From Camelus dromedarius (taxonomy: Eukaryota), in contig NC_087462.1 in NCBI RefSeq assembly GCF_036321535.1, positions 11,284,001 to 11,348,000 of the forward strand: a stretch of DNA of 64,000 nt, given 5' to 3'. Shown here piece after piece: positions 1-8,400 of the stretch. Position numbers and translations under genes: made by a program. Every line of letters begins with the position of its first letter. The stretch's first letter is position 1. The notes under the pieces were generated by a model. The model worked only from the letters and a program-made list of their open reading frames with translations, was not told the DNA's origin and did not search any database.

Positions 1-23
1 CTGACCCCTCCCAGTGAGGCTGT

Positions 24-120
24 TCCTATCATTGCTCTCTTTACAGATGGGGAAACTGAGGCTTAGGGGGTTTACTTGGCATTCTGGGGTAGCAGGGGCA
101 GATTCTGGAAGTAGGATCCA
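24..120 (-). mobile_element. MIR SINE fragment
   Basis: ttacagatggggaaactgaggctt core. Confidence 0.65.
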
Positions 121-1489
121 TCTCCTGCTAGCACCAGGAGAGGAGCCTGGTGACCTTGTCTTTGGGGCTGGGGCGGCCCCTGGAGGCCAAAGCAGGGGGT
201 GCAACCTGAGCCACAGGGGCCGGCCTGAGAGTCCTGGGCATCTCACAGGCTCTGGTCACGCCCCTGCTCACACACCCTCCACAGTTCTCATGATCCCTGT
301 CAGTGGGGGCAGGGGTTTGAAGTGAACCCTTGCTGGGTCACCACAGAGACCTCTGAGCACAAAATTCAGCCTCTTGTGTCAAACCCAGGCCCTTCCCCCA
401 GTAGCCCCATGGCCTCAGTTTCCCTAGCGTGGGATGGAACTGACAACAGCCTCTGCGTCTTCAGGTCTTGGTGCAGTAGATGCTCAGTAACGGCAATCAT
501 GACCCTCAGTAACATGCAAGAGAGGGGCAGGGGTTGCAGCTGGGCTGTCCCAGGCAGCCCCAACTCCCCTCCCTCAGCAACTGCCACCCATCAGGGCTTT
601 GCAGTGGTACTGGATGGGGGAGATTAAAACCCCCCAAAGCACCTAAATCAGGGGCTCAATTTCTCCACTTGAGTCTGAGGGCCTCCAGACTTCCCCTAGG
701 GCTCTGGGGTGGCTGGTCCTGAAATGCCTCCTGGAGTCTCGGGAAACAAACATCTTTCCTAGGGTTTACTAGGGTTTGGGGCCTCACTGGAACTGGCAGG
801 TGCAAGTGCAGGAGTTTCAGGGGAGGGGGCGGGACCAGAATCGGGGGCGTGACCGAAGTCCCTAAGGGGTGGAGCCAGGGCTGGGGAGGGGCCAGATGAG
901 GAGAAGGGCTGTAGAAAGGGTCAAGAATCTGAGTGTCGCTCGGAGGTTCCAGGAAGTGGATGGGTCAGGTGAGAGGTAGGGTCCAGAAGGACCGAGAATA
1001 CGTGGCTGCCTGGTCTCCTGATTCTGCCCCGTCCCAGGAGAGATGGCGAAATTAAGCCAGAAGCTTTGGGGGACTTTGACGAACAGCCAACGTGGGGTGA
1101 ATGAGGTCGCAGACCTCCCTTCCGCAGGACCGCAGGTCTCCTCACCTCTCAACCCTCCCCAGGACTCACTTTGGTCCCAAAAATCCCCATCGGCCAGGCA
1201 GGAGTAAGACTGAGGACCAGAGAGGGGCAGATCCTGGGTGGGGCTTGGTGATGCACCAAAGCAAGATTAACCGGAGCCACGCCCGCAGCTGCCCCATCTC
1301 TATTCCAGAAGAGAACAAGGTGCCAGGCAGGAGAAACCAAAACGCCCTTGGGACCTCACGTGCTCCTATCCCTTGAACACTGGCTGGCCAGTGAGGAGGG
1401 AGCGACTAGAGGGAGAAGAAAGCTGGGGAGGGGACAGTAGGGAACTCTGAGGGTCAGTGCGTGGGGAGAGCGGTTGTGGGGGAGCTGGA

Positions 1490-1720
1490 TGGGAGCAGAG
1501 GTGAAGGAAGGGATAGAATAGTTAGCCTGGCAAAGAAGGGAAGAGGGTGCTCAGGCAGAAGGAACAGTCAATGCAAAGGCCCTGGGGTGGGAATGTATTT
1601 ATGGGAGGGGTAGTGAGGGGGCCAGTGAAGAGGGAACTGACGTCAAAGACAGACTTCCTATGGGAGGAAAAGGTAATTGGATTTTGAGAGGGAGGTGAAA
1701 CCATGGCCTGGTAAGTAAAC
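1490..1720 (-). mobile_element. L2 fragment
   Basis: caggcagaaggaacagtcaatgcaaaggccctgg. Confidence 0.6.
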
Positions 1721-2019
1721 AGTCCTGGATTGCATTCAAGTTGTCAGATTGCCCCCTGGTGGCCCAGTGGAGAACAGGCAGGGAGATGGGCCAGTCCACC
1801 CTCAAGTCTACCCTCTGGCCCTTACAGAGGCTCATAGAAATTGTGGCAGCCTGAGCCAGGCTGTCCTTGGTCAGACCACTGCCCTCCTGTCTTCCTGTCT
1901 CAGTGTCCCTCTTGGCAGAATGGGGACAAGATAAACCTAGACTCTCTGGGAACATGTACACCATCCTCAGTAATTTGGGTCCTCTGTACTCACGTGATTC
2001 CCACCAAGTCTTAGGAGGC

Positions 2020-2130
2020 AGGAGCTACATATATTTCCACTTCACAGGGGGAAGAACTGAGGCTCAGGGAGGACAGCTCATGGGAGGTAGAGGCAGGATT
2101 TGAACTTGGGCTCAGGCAGGGGTCCAGCCT
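2020..2130 (-). mobile_element. MIR SINE fragment
   Basis: gaactgaggctcagggagg...gcaggatttgaac. Confidence 0.6.
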
Positions 2131-2537
2131 CTCTTGACAGGTCTCCCTGGTGTGCGGAGGCCCTGGTAGGGCAGCTGGACCAGTGTTGGGAGAAGAGGCT
2201 TTCAGGGCCTGTGAGGGCTCCACGTGGATGTGCAGGGTAGGAGGCTGGGGAGTCCTGAATGTGGGGGAGATGGCCTGCACACACGTCCCCAGGGCTAGCT
2301 CCCGTGCCTCAGTTTCCCCAGTGCTCTGGTTGAGGGAGTCTAGCAAGGATAGCACTAACTCCCTCAAACTTCCCCTTGCTGATTTTGGTGTCCACTGGCG
2401 ATTCTAGTGGGAATCAGTTACGATCTTGGGCCAGGGTGAGGCCTGTCAGAGCTGCTCCTGTGTGATTTACTTTAAAATTCAGGTCCTCAGGCTCCTCCAA
2501 GTTTGGATGTGCATTTTGAGATAGAAAGTGCCATCCA

Positions 2538-2668
2538 GGGGGAGGGTATAACTCAGGTGATAGAGGGCATGCTTAGCATGCGCAAGGTCCTGGGTTCAAT
2601 CCCCAGTACCTCCTCTAAAAATAAATAAATGAATAAACCAAATTAACCCCCTCAAAAAAACAAACAAA
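2538..2668 (+). mobile_element. Camelid tRNA-derived SINE (Vic-1 type)
   Basis: GGGGAGGGTATA.CTCA...GGTCCTGGGTTCAATCCCCAGTACCTCC followed by an AATAAA-rich tail. Confidence 0.85.
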
Positions 2669-2694
2669 GATGTGTGGATTAACGAGAATATTAG

Positions 2695-2850
2695 CAGCTC
2701 TCCCAACAAGACACCTGGCCAGAACTAGCCTCATCTGGGAGCTGGTAAAAATGCAGATTCTCAGGCCTGACCCAGCCCCGATGAACTGGAACTTGCCTTT
2801 AAACCTCCCTTGGGGTAGCCCCCTTTACTTGAAACTATTGTCTTGTATCT
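2695..2850. mobile_element. MER5A-type hAT MITE
   Basis: ctgggagctggtaaaaatgcagattctcaggcc. Confidence 0.65.
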
Positions 2851-3679
2851 GTTTGCTTAGAACCCTGCCCAAGTTATGGTGACTTTTGCATCAGTGAATC
2901 TGTGGACCCTAAGCAGACAGAGTGTGCCTTCCAGGGGCTCCTGACCATGTGAGTGGAGATGCCATTTCATGGAACCTGGGGGAGGGGGAGCTTAACCTCT
3001 CAGAGGTGGCCCAGGACCTGGATCCCTAGTCTGTCTCCCATCAAACAGGCTTACAAAAGCAGGACAAGTCTACGAATAGCAACACTAATGGCATGCAAAG
3101 GTATGCAAATCCCACACATATTTCATTCAAATAAAGTAAGTCGTGCATAGTATATGCAAACGACAAACATATATGCAAATATGGGGGAGGGTGCCCGGGT
3201 CCAGGGTTGGGGGATGTCTGACATGTTGAGTATAATAGTAAACTTGGAGGTCTTATTTCCTGCTCAGAGCCCGGCCCTTTATATGGATCAGCCCTTCGAC
3301 CCCACAGCTATAAGGTCTTATATCCTTGGGTCCCCAGCCCAAGAGAGGCAGGTCTTCCAGGCTTCCAGCTCTGTACTCTCTGCAGAGCCATGGCGACCCC
3401 TGGTGGAAAGTGGTGGGGAGACAACGGCTGGACCTCTCGTTCCACTGTCACCCTCATCTCCCTGTGCCCTGGTCTCCAGAGTTCTCTTTTGTGGGCCTCT
3501 TCTCTGGTAAAACCCCCAATCATGCACTTCCTCTGTGCTCCTGTAATCCTTAATAGCTCGATTACTGCTTTGTGGACACATTTAGGCATTTTTTGAATAG
3601 TGCAATATGAAGTGTTAGTAGAGTGTGACTTTATGGGCAGCATTTGCCCTTGGGAGTTTCCTGAAATTAAAACCCTCTT

Positions 3680-3830
3680 GGGGGGACGGTATAGCTCAAG
3701 TGTTAGAGCGCATGCTTAGCATGCACAAGGTCCTAGGTTCAATCCCCAGTACCTCCTCTAAAAATAAATACATAAACCTAATTACCCATACCCCCAACAA
3801 AACCAAACCAAATCAAACCAAACCAAAAAA
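3680..3830 (+). mobile_element. Camelid SINE (Vic-1 type) with (AAACC)n tail
   Basis: Same A/B-box head and tail. Confidence 0.85.
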
Positions 3831-4729
3831 TCCTCCAAGACAAACAGCTAGAAGCTGGAGGCCAAGTGGACCAGCAGCTGCATACATGCCAAGAGCGCGA
3901 GTGAACAGGAGGCTCTTGGGACACCTGGGACCCATGAGTTGCTGCTTTGGCTGTTTCCCTTGGGACCGCCCCAGCATCATCATCATCTCCAGTACACACA
4001 GTCCATCTCCCCTCCAGTGGCTCTTAAAAGCCACAGAAACGGAGGACAGTGTGGTAACAGGCCAGGTGAGAGCAGCCAGCTGCTGCCCAGAGGCGGACGG
4101 GAGCCGCAGGGGCTGGAGTCCAGGGACCCAGCAGCGGGGCCGAGCTCCTCTGATCCCAGGAGACGACCACGCTCAGCCTTTCTGGGTGCAGGCCGGTCTT
4201 CCGTCATGCTGCATGGCTGTGACCTGGCAGACCCTCACTCCTGTGCCTCGTTTCCCCTCCGCAACCCTCACACTATCAGCACCACGGTGGTGGCACGCGC
4301 AGGGGTTGGAGGCAGGATGGAGGGATCTCTCAGGCCTGGGAGGCCTTGAGGCCAAGAACTGGGAGAACGGAGATGATTCAGCTGGCCGGGATCTGGGGGT
4401 GAGCTGGTGTGGAGGTGCACGGAGTCGGATTACTCTGTGTCCAGAGACCAAACACTCTGGGCAGAAGCTCTGATGCTGGTCAGGGTGGCAGCTGGCAGTG
4501 TGGGGTTAGGGCCGTGGTGACGCTGACAGGCCCCGAGCCGCCCTGAGCCCGGGCTTATTCAATTCTCCCAGCAGCCCAGCTCTACTGTCTTCATTCCTTA
4601 CAAGGGGAGGTCCAACCTGAAGGCTGAAGCAGAGGAGGAACTGGGCGAGGGGACAGAGAGGGACACTGAGAGCCGAGCCTCGAGCCAGCAGGACTTCAAG
4701 AGTACAGGTGCGGGAAAGGTCTTGCGAAG

Positions 4730-4735
4730 TTTATT
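4730..4735 (-). terminator. Probable PBX4 polyadenylation signal
   Basis: TTTATT on plus = AATAAA on minus, about 580 nt after the stop; pyrimidine-rich downstream. An ATTAAA alternative lies at 5044-5049. Confidence 0.6.
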
Positions 4736-5313
4736 CTGTTCAATGACATTTCAGCTGAAAATGGTAGAACTTGTATTAACAGAAAAAAAGGAGGGGAGGG
4801 GTGCAAACCAAATCCCAGTAGAATTCTGAGCTTAGCACAGACTCAGGTCACAACCTTGTGAAATGACACAACAGAGGGAGTGTGGGAAGGCAGCGTCTGG
4901 GTGGGGAGGCGCAGGAAGGGACAAGTGAGCCAACAAAATCTCAACTCTCACAGTTGCGCCGCTGAGGCCCTGCGCCTGGCGGTCAGCCATCACCAGGAAC
5001 AAATCCGGGTGTGAATGACATCAAACTTAAAATCAGTCCAAAATTTAATGGGAGAATTTGTGCCAAGTCCTAGAGGAAACAACTCATAGTCTTAACCATA
5101 AAATTACTATTAAAAAAAGCCAAATGGAGTTAGGAGAAGGAGCAGTGTCTCCGCCCATTTCAAATCCCAGCTGACAAGCAGAAGATGGCATCATTGTCGC
5201 CTGCCACTGGCCCGGGAGCACCGTCTGGAGTCAGTCCTGGGTCTTCTGAGGTAACATGAAGGACAGAGAACCACGGCAGGTCACACCGTCCCCTTTTCTG
5301 CTTGTCCCAACAT

Positions 5314-5400
5314 TTAATTAGATGCATCTGGGGTGACACTGCCGGGGTCTCCAACAAGTGAAGCGGTCGACCTTCGCTTCCCCCGCCAGCCGCCCCTGGC
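5314..5400 (-). CDS. PBX4: PBX4 exon 8 (terminal coding part)
   Basis: [28 protein letters not shown]; acceptor ctgtcttttcag. Confidence 0.88.
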   Translation of the reverse strand, partial: ARGGWRGKRRSTASLVGDPGSVTPDASN

Positions 5401-8400
5401 CTGAAAAGACAGAAACAGAGTCGGAGGAGGGCCAGGAGACTGACGACCCATCCCCGAGAAGGCTTAGAACGTGCTGAGAGCAGAGAAGAGGGGCCAGGAG
5501 ACGGGGGAGGGACCAAGGGGTCAGTCCTGGGTCACAGCTGGCCTTGTACATGGCCATGCTTCCTTGGCAGGACACTGGCCTCTGCAGGCAGGGATCTGGC
5601 AAGGGACTGATGTGGCACACACAGGGCCTGGAGCTGACGATGGTCCCCAAAACATCGTGGTGAGACTCGGTGAGTGGGAAGAGGCTCAGGAACCCGGCAG
5701 GACGCGGGTCTGGCTGGGTGGTCAGGAGGGCAGGGCCAGGGCCGCCGGGCATGGGGGCTCCGCCTGCAGTTGCAGGGACATATTTGGCACATGTGATCCT
5801 GAGATGTTTGTCCATAGGAGCCCCCAACCCACTGCCCATGGAAACCACCACTGACAATGGCTCTTCTCGGGCCGACTGCTCCAAGGCAAGTCCTGTTTGC
5901 AGCCCATGAGAGCAGGGCTGTTCCCCTTCCCAGCTCACACTCTAGGGGCAGCTCCTACGCTGGCTGCTCAAGGCGCCTGGGCACCACACCCTCTGTGTGA
6001 TCTTGAGAGCTCTGCTCTTCCTTAGGCCACAGCATGAACATGGTGGAGGGTCTGAGCCCAATGGGGCTGCACCTTCAGACAGTCAGGGCCTCGTCTGCCC
6101 ACCCCTGGCCTCCCTGAGCGGTACAGACACCCTTGGGGAGGGAGGGATCCTTCCCAAAAGGCAAAGACCTCAGCGGCTGCCTCAAGTTATTGCGTCCTGA
6201 GGGGTGAAGGCACGGGGTCCTTGCCAAGCGGGCCCCACAGAGCAGTGCTCCCTGAGGGGGCTCCGCCGCCTGCATTCATCCCCAAGATGGACTGAGTGCC
6301 CCATGGGCTCACCTTGTTGCCAGGACCTTCAGGGGAGCCTGGGGAGACTGAGATGCGGCTGAGATGGCCAGTTTCAAGGACCGACCACCCACCTGGGTGG
6401 GCCCCAAGTGCGCCCTGTCACTGAGGCGGGGACGCCACAGGTGTCCTTGGGATTGTGCCCGAGACTCACCTGGGACAGAAGGCCGCCTACCCCAGGGGCG
6501 GGCCGGAGAGAGGCCAGTGTCTGCAGGGCGGTAAGTGCGCCCCCGGAGCTGGTCAGTGGAAAGGGACCAGAAGCACCTGGAAGGGATGGGAGAGATCAGG
6601 ACAAATTGCCCTGGGGGCCGCAACAACTCCTCAGGTGGGCTCTGCCAGCCCCCCAGCCAGGAAGGGGCCAGGAATGTGACGCCCATGGTCCCCCACCCCT
6701 CCCGCAGGCCTTTCCCTTCTCCTTGGTATTGAAGTTTCTGTCCCCACAGCACCCGCACAGCCCGCAGGGACGTGATCAGGATAATCACCCGTGGGAACAG
6801 GAACCCCACAGTGTAAACAGAGGAAAGAGGCGTAGGCAGTGACCTGTCTGGAAGGGGCTGTGTGGCCCCCTCACTGCTTCCCCAAATGCAGCTCAGTGGG
6901 CCTGGCTGCGCGTGAGCGACTGTTGCTGGGCTGAGTGACCTCACTTACTGGAGCTGGGCATCGAGGGGCAGCTGGCCTGGCTCCCCGGGCCCCTGACTTT
7001 GGGGCTGTCCACTGCCGTCTTAGCTGTGTAAATGGTAGCCTCTTCTTGAAACTTCCCCATGTTCTTTTTATATCGGATTCTTTTGTTGCCAAACCAGTTG
7101 GAGACCTATGGACACACAGAGACAGAAGTCACTGGACGAGCTGACCTAGTGATGAGACACGATGTGGATGCACTTGAGGCTTCCACCGCCCAGGGGGAAC
7201 ACTGCTGAGGGAGACTGTGTGGCCCTGGGGTCGGGTGAGAGGATGGGACTGAGAAAGAAGGTGGCGCGCTGATGGAATCGTGGGCTCAGAGAAATGCTTG
7301 CAGTGGGCTGGGGACACCCCGGAGCTGGTGTGACTTGTAGGAGCCGGAGGAGACACACTGCCTGAGAACCAGATGCTGCTGGAACCTGGGCCCAGGGAGG
7401 AGCTGGAGGGAATACAGGCGTGTGGGGGACACGCTCGGATAGATGAGTGTGCGCTCACTGCAGGGACAGGAACAGACTGAATTCTGGATTCCTCCTGAGG
7501 CAAAGTAAGTGCCCGAGAGACACACATTAGCAACCCCATTTCTGGGAATTCAGCTTAAGCAAAGGATACAGCTGAATCCAAAACTTATCAAAGGACAAGG
7601 ACCATCTGACAGGGCAGGGGAAGGTGCTGAGCACTGAACCGAGCGCCTGTGTTTGGTCCTCAAAGCCAGCTGGGAGGCAGCTGCAGGGACACACAGCCCC
7701 CCATCCAGTGAGCAAGGAGCTGGCCCAGAGCCAAGCGGGTCCGAGCCCTGCTCTGACTCCACACCTGCACCGAGACCTCCAGTGCAGGGCTTCTCCCTGC
7801 GGGTCACTCTCTGGGGTGGGGGGCTGCTGGGGAGCTCCTTGCTAAGGGTGCGGAGCAGCATCCCTGGCTTCCACCCACCAGATGCCAGTAGCGCCCTCCC
7901 GTCCCCCAAGAATCGTGACAAGGCAAGCGTTCCCTGGGGGCAGAATCGGCTGGGTGAGACCCTGGGCAGTGCCCTCCTATGAGCATGGAGATGTGCAGCC
8001 TCCCAAAGTCAGGCACCTGGCCCTGCGGTGAGATGAGTGTGCATTTTAATAAACAGAAATAAACAGCTCAGTTACAGCCACAGGACTGTCGATGACCTTT
8101 TCTCCTTTAAAAATGAGTTTCTTTAACGTCCCGCCATAATCCTCTCAGTGTCAACCACGAAAAGGAAAAGCCCCGGTGTGCGCTCCCTGCTCCACGCCTC
8201 GGCGTCCCTTCCCTCCCGCCCCGGGTGTGAGGGCAACTTTCCTTAACCAAGCCAGGTAAGCACTTGGCTCCCACTTGTCTCTGAGGAACGTGCTGACAAG
8301 TCTTCGTGGAACTAAGTTTGCAGAAGAATGGCAGCGAGCAGTGTTCCATGTTGAATTCAAGTGGGGTTTTAGAGGAACCAAGGACAAACTTCCCATATGG

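Noticed and set aside
1170-1299. Minus-strand exon-like segment encoding MGQLRAWLRLILLWCITKP (signal-peptide-like)
   Set aside because: Good splice sites, but I found no compatible downstream exon, and it overlaps the better-chained plus-strand model.
3625-4473. 282-aa plus-strand ORF
   Set aside because: Runs through a SINE and its microsatellite tail, has no ATG start and no recognisable domain; only the small 4018-4065 segment is kept as a candidate exon.
1-4700. CILP2, the expected syntenic neighbour
   Set aside because: No frame matches CILP2 protein; it must lie outside the window.
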